DNA of 64,000 nucleotides from Candidatus Iainarchaeum sp. (lineage in GTDB: Archaea > Iainarchaeota > Iainarchaeia > Iainarchaeales > JACQJH01), in NCBI GenBank assembly GCA_016205145.1, contig JACQJH010000002.1, forward strand, positions 489,696 to 553,695, in the 5' to 3' direction. Positions 36,254-44,191 of the stretch are shown piece after piece (the stretch's first letter is position 1; each line of letters opens with the position of its first letter). Position numbers and translations under genes: made by a program. The notes under the pieces were generated by a model that had not been told where the DNA came from, did no database searches, and saw only the letters and a program-made list of their open reading frames with translations.

Positions 36254-36814
36254 ATGGACGTAACATTGTCGCACAGCGATTTCAAGGCGTTGTCCTCGGG
36301 CACGCGCGCGAAAATCCTGAAGCTGCTCGCGGAACGCAATCACACTATGTCCGAGATTTCAAAAAAGCTCGGCCTTGCAGCGCCCACAGTGAAACAGCAC
36401 CTTGACATGCTGTCCGGAGCCGGGCTCATAGAACCGGTCGGGGAAAACAGGAAATGGAAGTATTATGCTCTGTCAAGGAAAGGCAGGGGCATAATCCAGA
36501 AAAACGACTCTACAAACATCCTCATTGTAATGGCGGCAACGTTCGTTGCATTGGTTGTCATGCTTTTCAATCTTGTCGGCCAGTTCGGCAGAACTGCCGT
36601 GCCATTGCAGGCAATGCAGAAGACCGCCTCCGAAAGCGGCATTGCCGGAAGCGCCGCCGATGCCCTTCGGACGGAAACTGCCACAGTGCCGCAGACGATT
36701 CCTGCACCGGCGGGCTTCGACCCAATTGTCCTGAACGCCATAATAGTCATTGCCCTTGTGATTGCCCTGGCATATCTTCTTTCGCGATTGTCGAAAAAAG
36801 GCGAAGGAATTTAA
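36254..36814 (+). CDS. ArsR/SmtB-family winged-HTH regulator with C-terminal transmembrane segments
   Basis: HTH region (SDFKALSSGTRAKILKLLAERNHTMSEISKKLGLAAPTVKQHLDMLSGAGLI) and two predicted TM helices. The start is set at MDVTLSHSD. Confidence 0.65.
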   Translation: MDVTLSHSDFKALSSGTRAKILKLLAERNHTMSEISKKLGLAAPTVKQHLDMLSGAGLIEPVGENRKWKYYALSRKGRGIIQKNDSTNILIVMAATFVALVVMLFNLVGQFGRTAVPLQAMQKTASESGIAGSAADALRTETATVPQTIPAPAGFDPIVLNAIIVIALVIALAYLLSRLSKKGEGI

Positions 36815-36835
36815 GGTTGGCCTTCCGGCAATCCT

Positions 36836-37417
36836 TTGATGCGCGGAAAAGGCTTTTTCGCTTTTGTTCTGGTAATTTTCTTCCTGCTCGCCGCAACGGA
36901 GTCGGCGGGCAGGCAATCCTCCTCGTTCCGCTCGTTCTCCGAAGCGCATCGCATTGCAATGGAGCTTGAAAGCCAGAACATGCTCCGGTCGAACGTTGAA
37001 AACAACCTCGATTTTGTCGTGGAAAAAACAATGCGCAGGCAGATTCTCCTCGGAAGCACGGATCCGGCGCAATTGAAGCTTGCGCTGGACGAAAAGGTTT
37101 TTTCCTTTTTCCTGGAAACGCAAAAAAATGCACGGCCGCGAAACCTCGAATTCTCCGGAGCAACGGTTTACGGAAACCGGTATTCTGAAAACGCCGGCGC
37201 GGCGGCGCAGGAAAAACTTTCAATGGAATTCATTGGCCGGAATTCGGTTGCGTTCGTGGAACTGGCCGGCGGGGCATGGATTGCGGAATACCATTTTTCC
37301 GGCGGGCTTTACAGGAACAGCGCAGTGATTGGCCGGATTGTCTCCGAAGACAATGAAACCATGACGGTTTTTTTCCTGCCTGCAGGGTACTCTAAAACAG
37401 TTGTGGTGGTCGGTTGA
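36836..37417 (+). CDS. type IV pilin-like protein (class III signal peptide)
   Basis: The N-terminus MMRGKG-FFAFVLVIFFLLAATE has a basic residue plus Gly followed by a hydrophobic stretch. It is first in a block of four overlapping + strand genes. Confidence 0.45.
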   Translation: MMRGKGFFAFVLVIFFLLAATESAGRQSSSFRSFSEAHRIAMELESQNMLRSNVENNLDFVVEKTMRRQILLGSTDPAQLKLALDEKVFSFFLETQKNARPRNLEFSGATVYGNRYSENAGAAAQEKLSMEFIGRNSVAFVELAGGAWIAEYHFSGGLYRNSAVIGRIVSEDNETMTVFFLPAGYSKTVVVVG

Positions 37418-37755
37418 GCAATGGCCAGGCAAGCGTGGAAGCGATGGCCGCGATTGCGCTGATTCTTTCCGCTGCGGCGTTTTTCCTGTCCGGGCAGGCG
37501 CTTTTGGAGAACGCGGTTTCCGAAGCCGAAAAAAAGCTTGTCGCGAAAGCCGAAGCGCAGTCATGCGCGATTGTGGCGGACGCGGTTTTCAGCAATTCCC
37601 TCGGCTTTTCCGGAAAATACGGATGCGCTCCAACCGCCGGGGGAGTTGAAGGAATGGCTTTCGGAAAAACCGCTTCGGAAAAAACCCTGTCGGAAAAGTC
37701 CGCGGCATCAGGAGATGGGGGCCTTGAAACAATGGCACCGGAACATTATGCCTGA
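37414..37755 (+). CDS. type IV pilin-like protein (class III signal peptide)
   Basis: N-terminus MSNGQASVEAMAAIALILSAAAFF, with the characteristic GQ(A/S)..E motif cleaved by prepilin peptidases. Confidence 0.6.
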   Translation: MSNGQASVEAMAAIALILSAAAFFLSGQALLENAVSEAEKKLVAKAEAQSCAIVADAVFSNSLGFSGKYGCAPTAGGVEGMAFGKTASEKTLSEKSAASGDGGLETMAPEHYA

Positions 37756-38215
37756 ACAAAACCAGGGCGGGGCATTCTTTTCCGCCGACCTGGCGATAGC
37801 GTTCGTGAGCCTTGCGTTCCTGTTTTTCCTGGTTTCCGAAACGCGCATTTCAGGCCTCAACGAAAAAACCGCGGAAAGCGAAAGCGTTTCCATGCAGAAA
37901 ACCGCGTTTTTCCTCGCCGACTCCATGGTGAAAAACCGCGATGAAAACAACGCATTGCTTGGAATGGCTGCATTCAATGCCGGGGCGGGGCGCGTTGAAA
38001 GCAATGCCCTGCCTGAAAGCCTTGAAGGCATGCGGTTTGCGCAGTTGCGCGGAAGCATTTTTGTCGAAAGCGTTTCAATCGCGTATTTTGACGGGAACTC
38101 CGTGGAAATATTCCGTGATGCGCGTGCCGGCGCGAAAAACTGCATTGCGACCGAAAGGCTTGTTCTCAGAGGCATGAAAAAGGCGCTTCTCAGGGCAAGG
38201 GTTTGCGGTGAATGA
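37748..38215 (+). CDS. type IV pilin-like protein (class III signal peptide)
   Basis: Start at the internal Met (MPEQNQGGAFFSADLAIAFVSLAFLFFLV). It overlaps the previous stop in an ATGCCTGA arrangement. Confidence 0.5.
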   Translation: MPEQNQGGAFFSADLAIAFVSLAFLFFLVSETRISGLNEKTAESESVSMQKTAFFLADSMVKNRDENNALLGMAAFNAGAGRVESNALPESLEGMRFAQLRGSIFVESVSIAYFDGNSVEIFRDARAGAKNCIATERLVLRGMKKALLRARVCGE

Positions 38216-38588
38216 ATTGGGGAAAGGATTTTACCTGTCAATGGAGGCCGCAGTGAGCCTCCTGCTGTTTTCGGCTGCGGTCCTGGCACTCCAGCCGCCG
38301 CCCGCCAAAAGCCTCTCTGATTTATACGTGCTGCAGAAGGAAAACGACTTGCTGAAAATCTGGGTTAAAGAGGCAAAATTTGAAATTCAGGAAATGGAAA
38401 AAGATTTCCTGTTTTCCTTTCCCGGCCGCCATGGTTTTGTCTCAATCAACGGGAAAACATTTGAAGCAGGCACGCCTGAGAATGCCCGGGAATGCGGGGA
38501 TTTTGCCGTGTCTCAAGCGTTTTTCCTCGACGAAAATCTCAAAAAAACCGTGTTAAGGGTCGGCGTTTGCGCGGACAACGCCGCCTGA
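38208..38588 (+). CDS. type IV pilin-like protein (class III signal peptide)
   Basis: N-terminus MNELGKG-FYLSMEAAVSLLLFSAAVLAL (KG then a Glu at +5, classic prepilin). Confidence 0.6.
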   Translation: MNELGKGFYLSMEAAVSLLLFSAAVLALQPPPAKSLSDLYVLQKENDLLKIWVKEAKFEIQEMEKDFLFSFPGRHGFVSINGKTFEAGTPENARECGDFAVSQAFFLDENLKKTVLRVGVCADNAA

Positions 38589-38972
38589 CTTTTCAAGCGC
38601 CACAACGGATTTTGGCGGAAGAAAAAAATCAAAGTCTTCCATCCGGCCCGAAAGTTCAGTTGAAAGTGTTTTGGAGAATTCTTCCCCGCTGCCGGACGCC
38701 GCGTTCAGGGAAATTTCGAGCATTCCTGCATTTGAGGATGCGCGCCATTCAGCCGAGTTTTGCGCGGCAATCGTTTTCCTTGACCCGTCCGCCAGGACAG
38801 CGAGTTCCATTGAAGCTGCCGAAAGCCTGTCCGCGAACGACCTTGCCTTGGCGGTTTCAGAAGAAGCCTGGGCAAGCCAGAGCGTTTTGTCCCACGCAAA
38901 GGCAAAAACAGCGAGAAGTGCAAGGCCTGCCGCAAGCAGGAGCAGGAATTCCATGCTCGCCTGCCCCTGCAT
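38553..38972 (-). CDS. type IV pilin-like protein (class III signal peptide)
   Basis: Internal start MQGQASMEFLLLLAAGLALLAVFAFAW. Convergent with the + strand pilin block. Confidence 0.55.
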   Translation of the reverse strand: MQGQASMEFLLLLAAGLALLAVFAFAWDKTLWLAQASSETAKARSFADRLSAASMELAVLADGSRKTIAAQNSAEWRASSNAGMLEISLNAASGSGEEFSKTLSTELSGRMEDFDFFLPPKSVVALEKSGGVVRANADP

Positions 38973-39036
38973 GCCCTGCCCGCGTTTTGCGGGGAGAATG
39001 GCCGTTGTCTCACACGCAGCCACGCCAAGCACCACT

Positions 39037-39228
39037 TCAGATTTCGTCTATTTTCTTGAAAATTTCGCCGGTCTTCTTGTTTATGACCTTTGCGCCCTCG
39101 CTGCCAGTTTCCTGCAATTGCGAGACGAGCAGCAAAACCATTGCGACCACCGCGGCCAAAACTATTATGAGTTCGACGGAAATCTGGCCGTGCTCTTCGG
39201 AAAAAATTTGCGAAAGTGCCCGAAACAT
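39037..39228 (-). CDS. short type IV pilin-like protein (63 aa)
   Basis: ...HGQISVELIIVLAAVVAMVLLLVSQL, a prepilin-type signal with a short mature domain. Confidence 0.5.
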   Translation of the reverse strand: MFRALSQIFSEEHGQISVELIIVLAAVVAMVLLLVSQLQETGSEGAKVINKKTGEIFKKIDEI

Positions 39229-39348
39229 GACGGAACCGTTTGCGGAAAAGTTTTAAAGGCAACGCAGGAATTCGACGATTGCCATACCGCGCCGGCGGTA
39301 TTGGAAAAAAAACGGGAAAAAAGTTATTAATGGTTCGATGCAATATCC

Positions 39349-39990
39349 TTGCCTATGGAAGCCAAATTAAGCGTATTCGACTGGCCGTCGCTGATTGATG
39401 ACAGGGAAAAACGGGATTTGCTTATTGCGTGGGTTGCCTTGTCAATCGCGTTCGGATTGAGCTTTGCCCGTAACGGCGGCCTGCTGTTTTCCTTTGCGAC
39501 AAGCTTTCTCGCGGTCGGCACCGGCTTCATTTTCCATGAGCTCGGCCACAAGTTTGCCGGCATACATTACGGCGCAAGCGCGGGCTTCAGGAAATGGGAT
39601 TTCGGCCTGGGCCTGGCCTTGCTGCTCGGCGCGATGTCTTTCTTCACGGGCTTCGGATTCATTTTCGCGGCTCCCGGCGCGACGTACATCTATTCCGAAA
39701 GCATTTCAAGGAAGCAGAACGGCTTAATCTCGCTTGTCGGCCCGGCAATCAACATTGCCCTGGCGCTAGCGCTTTTCCTGTTGAGCATTTTTTCCGCGAT
39801 GTTTTTCCCTTCCGGGCTCATTGCCGGCGTCCTGCTGTTTGCCGCGATAATCAACCTCTACCTTGCGTTTTTCAACATGCTGCCGATTCCGCCGCTTGAC
39901 GGCAGCAAGGTCATAGTCTGGAACCCGGTAATCTGGGGCGTTGTTTTCGTGCCGCTGCTTTTCCTGTTCTATTTTTCGGGCATACTTTGA
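39349..39990 (+). CDS. site-2 protease family (M50) intramembrane metalloprotease
   Basis: 213 aa. HELGH zinc motif, a multi-TM core and the LPIPPLDGSKV motif. Confidence 0.8.
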   Translation: MPMEAKLSVFDWPSLIDDREKRDLLIAWVALSIAFGLSFARNGGLLFSFATSFLAVGTGFIFHELGHKFAGIHYGASAGFRKWDFGLGLALLLGAMSFFTGFGFIFAAPGATYIYSESISRKQNGLISLVGPAINIALALALFLLSIFSAMFFPSGLIAGVLLFAAIINLYLAFFNMLPIPPLDGSKVIVWNPVIWGVVFVPLLFLFYFSGIL

Positions 39991-40137
39991 AATCAGAATT
40001 AGAAATTAATCGTGCAGAATTTATCTGACGTAAAAACTATCTGACATAGCTCGGCCTGAAATCAAAACTATGGCAGGGGGCTCCGCCCCCTCGCACGCCC
40101 CTGGAAAAAAAACTATCTCACGTAGCTTGGCCTGAAA
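39991..40137. repeat. tandem degenerate repeats at the convergent M50/cdc48 gene ends, including a recoded duplicate of the last 8 codons plus stop of cdc48
   Basis: Three copies of (C/T)TATCT(G/C)AC(G/A)TA and three of TGAAATC(A/C)(G/A)AA(T/C). The segment 40035-40062 on the minus strand reads gat ttc agg ccg agc tat gtc aga tag (DFRPSYVR*). That matches the real cdc48 terminus at about 40112-40138 apart from 4 synonymous changes. A GC hairpin GGGGGCTCCGCCCCC lies between the copies. Confidence 0.55.
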
Positions 40138-42506
40138 TCCGAATAGTGGTCTTCGAAGCTTTCGTAGGCTTCCTCGGTTTCTTCGTTGACGGATGGCCTG
40201 ACTTTTTTGAGCGCATCCGCAAAGTCTTCCGGAAGAACCTGCTTTGCCTTCATCTTGTTCTTGTCCAGGGAAATCAGCGCGGCTTCCCTCACCAACCCTT
40301 CCAGGTCGGCGCCGGAAAACCCTCTTGTCTGGCCGGCAATGGCCTCAAGGGAAACTTCCTTTGACAGTGGAACGTTTCTTGTGTGGATTTTCAGGATTGC
40401 AAGCCTGCCTTTCTCGTCCGGAGCATTCACCTTTATGAGCTTGTCAATCCTGCCCGGCCTGAGCAAGCCCTGGTCGATTAAATCCGGCCGGTTCGTCGCG
40501 GCGATGAAGACGACGTTTTTCAGCGCCTCCACTCCGTCAAGCTCGGTCAAAAGCTGGTTCACCACTCTTTCGGTCACTCCGGAATCCGTTACCGAGCCGC
40601 GCCTTGATGCAATCGAATCGATTTCGTCGAAGAAAACTATGACGGGCGCGGTCTGCCTCGCCTTCCTGAAAATCTGCCTTATGCCCTTCTCGCTTTCCCC
40701 CACCCATTTGCTTATAAGTTCGGGGCCTTTCACTGAAATGAAGTTGGCCTCGCTTTCCGTTGCGACCGCCTTCGCCAGAAGCGTCTTTCCCGTTCCGGGC
40801 GGGCCGAACAACAATACTCCGGTCGGAGGCCTTATCCCCATTTTCTTGAAAACATCAGGGTATTTGAGCGGCCATTCGATTGCCTGCATCAGTTCTGCTT
40901 TGACTGCGTCAAGCGCCCCGACCTGCGACCATTTCACGTTCGGAATCTCGATTGTTATCTCGCGCAAGGCGGATGGCTGCACGTCCTTCAGTGCGTCCTG
41001 GAAATCGCGTTTCATTACTTCCATGCTTTCAAGCAATTCAGCGGGAATCGTGTCCTCGTTGAGGTTGATTTTCGGAAGGTAGCGGCGCAATGCCTTCATT
41101 GCCGCTTCCTTTGTCAGGCTTTCAAGGTCAGCGCCGACAAAGCCGTGCGTTATCCCCGCATAATAGTCGAGGTCGAAATCGTTTTCCTTGACAAGCTTTT
41201 CCTCGACAAGCGTTTTCAGGCACGGAAAATACGTTTCATCGAACGCCTTGTCCCGTTCCCTTGCATTCAGCTCTTTTTCGCGCAATGCCCTCTTCAACTC
41301 GTCCTTTTCAAATTTGGAGTTGGAATTGAAGGCGTCAAGGATTTTTTCCTCGGTTGCGGAAAGCCTGCGCTTGGACTCGTTGCCGTGCGAAAAGAATTTC
41401 GCCAGGGGCATGCCGCGCGTGTGGATCTGCAGAATGTTCTTGCGCGAGTTCCTGTCAGGGACCCCGAACTCTATTTCGCGGTCAAACCGCCCCGGCCTGC
41501 GCAGTGCCTCGTCAATCGAGTTGACCCGGTTTGTGGCGGCAATCACGACAACGTTCCCCCGCGCCTCGAGGCCGTCCATGAGTGAAAGGATTTGCGCCAC
41601 AACCCTGCGCTCCACCTCTCCAATGACCTCGTCGCGCTTGGGCGCAATCGCGTCGATTTCGTCGAAAAATATTATCGAAGGCGCGTTTTCCTCGGCTTCC
41701 TTGAAAATGTCCCTGATCCTTTCCTCGGCCTCGCCGACAAACTTGCTCATTATGCTCGGAGAGCTCACTGAAATGAAATGCGCGTTGGTTTCATTTGCCA
41801 CGGCTTTTGCGAGCAGTGTCTTTCCGGTTCCGGGCGGGCCGAACAACAGCACTCCTTTTGGCGGAATGATGCCGAGCTTGCGGAAAATCTCAGGATGCTT
41901 CATCGGCAGTTCTATGAGCTCGCGCACCTTGGTTATCTGCTCGTCCAATCCTCCGATGTCCTCGTATGCGACCTGCGGAATCCCCTCCAGCTCGCCTTTC
42001 ACCGGCTTGTCTTTCAGCACAAGCTGCGTAAAATCAGTTATTTTGACAATGCCTTTCGGCGCGGTTTCAATGACCTTGTAGACAAAGCCGGAGCCGAAAG
42101 CCGAAACCCAGACGCTGTCGCCCCTTACAACCGGCCTGCCGAGAAAGCTTTTTTTGAGTATGCGGTCGTAGCCTGACGCGATTATGCGGACTTCCTGAGT
42201 CGGGGCAAGGGTTATTTTCTGCGCCTCCCTTACCTCAGCCTTGCGCACTGAAACCTTTTCGCCCAGGCCTACCCCCGCATTGCGCCTGATGTAGGAGTCC
42301 ATGCGGATAACGCCCTTGCCTTCATCCTCGGCGCGCGCCGGCCAGATGACTGCGGCGGTGCGCTTTGAGCCCTCGATTTCAACGATGTCGCCGGAAGTGA
42401 CGTCAAGAGACTGCTTTGTCACCCTGTCAAGCATGACAATGTTGCGGCCGACGTGAGTGGGGTCGGCTTCCTCGACTTTCAGGACAATTTCCCTGCTTTC
42501 AGGCAT
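40113..42506 (-). CDS. cdc48: Cdc48/VCP-like AAA+ ATPase (N domain plus two AAA modules)
   Basis: 797 aa. Two Walker A/B sets ([17 protein letters not shown] twice; DEID twice) and the C-terminal motif DFRPSYVR. Confidence 0.9.
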   Translation of the reverse strand: MPESREIVLKVEEADPTHVGRNIVMLDRVTKQSLDVTSGDIVEIEGSKRTAAVIWPARAEDEGKGVIRMDSYIRRNAGVGLGEKVSVRKAEVREAQKITLAPTQEVRIIASGYDRILKKSFLGRPVVRGDSVWVSAFGSGFVYKVIETAPKGIVKITDFTQLVLKDKPVKGELEGIPQVAYEDIGGLDEQITKVRELIELPMKHPEIFRKLGIIPPKGVLLFGPPGTGKTLLAKAVANETNAHFISVSSPSIMSKFVGEAEERIRDIFKEAEENAPSIIFFDEIDAIAPKRDEVIGEVERRVVAQILSLMDGLEARGNVVVIAATNRVNSIDEALRRPGRFDREIEFGVPDRNSRKNILQIHTRGMPLAKFFSHGNESKRRLSATEEKILDAFNSNSKFEKDELKRALREKELNARERDKAFDETYFPCLKTLVEEKLVKENDFDLDYYAGITHGFVGADLESLTKEAAMKALRRYLPKINLNEDTIPAELLESMEVMKRDFQDALKDVQPSALREITIEIPNVKWSQVGALDAVKAELMQAIEWPLKYPDVFKKMGIRPPTGVLLFGPPGTGKTLLAKAVATESEANFISVKGPELISKWVGESEKGIRQIFRKARQTAPVIVFFDEIDSIASRRGSVTDSGVTERVVNQLLTELDGVEALKNVVFIAATNRPDLIDQGLLRPGRIDKLIKVNAPDEKGRLAILKIHTRNVPLSKEVSLEAIAGQTRGFSGADLEGLVREAALISLDKNKMKAKQVLPEDFADALKKVRPSVNEETEEAYESFEDHYSDFRPSYVR

Positions 42507-42557
42507 AAAAGCTCCCGAAAAAGATAGAACATGAAAAGGATTAAAAAACGGAGCCGG

Positions 42558-43391
42558 TCAGTTCACTGTTTTCACTTCGATGCCGCCGTTCGGAAGCATT
42601 GACATTATCTCGTCAAGGGCAACGCATTTCCTGCCGAACTTTTTTTCGAATTCGGACAGGATTTTTTTAGCGCAGTCGCTTTTCTGCATTGCGCCCTGCC
42701 TGAGCAGTACGGAAAAAGCCGCGTGTTTTTTCACCGCCGCACCAGGCCCGGAAACAACGCGCAGCCCTCCATCGGTCTTTTCCACGCCGATTGAAAGGCC
42801 GATGGGCGTTTTCCTGAACCACTGCCTGTCGCCGTAAACCATGAACGCGCCTTTTCCGATGCTTTCCCCTGATTTCGCGGACTTTGAAACCTGTTCCGGG
42901 GAAGCCGAATAGACGTCGACGCTGGAAAGCTTCTGCTCCCATGCCTTTGAAAAGGATGCCGCGAAAATTGCCGCTTCCTCAAGCGTCTGCCGGGGCGCAT
43001 TGCCGCTTTCGCATTTCACTATGCAGTGCGGGGCGCCGAAAACCTCGGCGTGGAAAAAAACGTCGGCCGGAAGCATGTGCTTTTTGATTGCTGTTTCATT
43101 GCTTTTCGCGTCCCTTCCGCCGATGACAAGAAAGTTGTCGCTTGAAAAAAACCAGTGGAAGGCCTCGAACCATTCCTTTTTGCGTTTCCTTGAAGGCACC
43201 AGCCTGCCTGACTCGGCTGAGAGGCCCAGCGTTTTTTTCTCGAGGGCTGCAATCCTGTCCCTTATCGCGCTTTCGGCTTCCGCCAGCCCTTCAAGCTTTT
43301 TTTTGGCGGCCTTGCCCCTGCCGAAATAATCGGATGCGTTCTGCTGCAAAGACTTTGAAAGGCTTAGTTTCAGGCGCATGTTCTCACTCAA
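42558..43391 (-). CDS. NFACT-R (DUF814) domain protein, short RqcH/NEMF-like
   Basis: 277 aa. Coiled-coil, then WFEAFHWFFSSDNFLVIGGRDAKSNETAIKKHMLPADVFFHAEVFGAPHCIV (NFACT-R core), then a C-terminal domain. It lacks the N-terminal half of full-length NEMF/Rqc2 homologs. Confidence 0.6.
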   Translation of the reverse strand: MSENMRLKLSLSKSLQQNASDYFGRGKAAKKKLEGLAEAESAIRDRIAALEKKTLGLSAESGRLVPSRKRKKEWFEAFHWFFSSDNFLVIGGRDAKSNETAIKKHMLPADVFFHAEVFGAPHCIVKCESGNAPRQTLEEAAIFAASFSKAWEQKLSSVDVYSASPEQVSKSAKSGESIGKGAFMVYGDRQWFRKTPIGLSIGVEKTDGGLRVVSGPGAAVKKHAAFSVLLRQGAMQKSDCAKKILSEFEKKFGRKCVALDEIMSMLPNGGIEVKTVN

Positions 43392-43908
43392 GGCCGCGCT
43401 TCAGTTTGACAAGCTGCACTATCGACTTGGTGCGTGAAACGTTTTTATAATGCGGTTCCGTCGCGTAAATAATCTGCTTGTCCTTTATCAGGTCGTACAT
43501 TCCGGGGATCTGCTCGTAATAGCGCTGCATGTTGTGGTGATAGCTTTCAACGTCCTTGTAGATGTGCCTCAGCATCAGGTTCCACGTGCCGGAACCGATT
43601 ATCGGGGAGACGCGATAAATGTGCGGGTCCTTCTGCGCCATTGCCTGCAATTTCGCAAAAACGTCCTTCTTGGACAAGTCAGCCTGCACTATTTCCATTG
43701 TCTCGAGATTGTAGCCCATTTTCCTGAAATTGAATTTCGGGCCGAAGCCTTCAAGCATGCCCTGCGCTTTCAAAAAGTCAATCGAAGACACAATCGTTGC
43801 CTTGTGGAAGCCCGTGAGCCGCTTTATTTCACTCAGATTGGGCGCAACTGCATTCTTCGAAAGCAGAGCCTCAAGAATCTTTATCCTGACGTCGTCGTCA
43901 AACCGCAT
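43384..43908 (-). CDS. Lrp/AsnC-like transcription regulator (HTH plus RAM-like domain)
   Basis: Start set at MRFDDDVRIKILEALL; winged-HTH followed by a small alpha/beta domain. The upstream region is AT-rich. Confidence 0.55.
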   Translation of the reverse strand: MRFDDDVRIKILEALLSKNAVAPNLSEIKRLTGFHKATIVSSIDFLKAQGMLEGFGPKFNFRKMGYNLETMEIVQADLSKKDVFAKLQAMAQKDPHIYRVSPIIGSGTWNLMLRHIYKDVESYHHNMQRYYEQIPGMYDLIKDKQIIYATEPHYKNVSRTKSIVQLVKLKRGLE

Positions 43909-44029
43909 CCCGGTAGGCAAAAAAACACCTCTTTTATATCCAATAAGCATAGTAGAACTTATTATTAATGTAATTTTATTGCATGCAAAAACGGACAATA
44001 CTTATTAATGCAGACACCGAGTATTTTAT

Positions 44030-44170
44030 TGTGAATTACTAAGGGGGGATCAAATCCTAAATCAACAGAATTCACAACTGAAACAAAAAAGGGACAGGTA
44101 GGGAACGCTCACCAGGCGGTTTGGAACAAGTGTCCATTTGAAGGCTCCCTACCTCTGTCTCTTAAAATCT
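44030..44170. other. two stem-loops in the topA/lrp-like intergenic region (possible terminator, regulatory element or small RNA)
   Basis: Inverted repeat TTGTGAATT(...30 nt...)AATTCACAA, and the long hairpin GGGACAGGTAGGGAAC(...about 40 nt...)GGCTCCCTACCTCTGTCTC. The flanks are AT-rich. Confidence 0.4.
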
Positions 44171-44191
44171 TTTAAAAAAAACAGCCCATTT

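Noticed and set aside
44096-44168. Possible tRNA gene (72-nt hairpin with a 7-bp acceptor-like terminal stem)
   Set aside because: No D-arm or T-arm can be formed (no GTTC-like T-loop, AGGG has no CCCT partner), so it is a simple long stem-loop.
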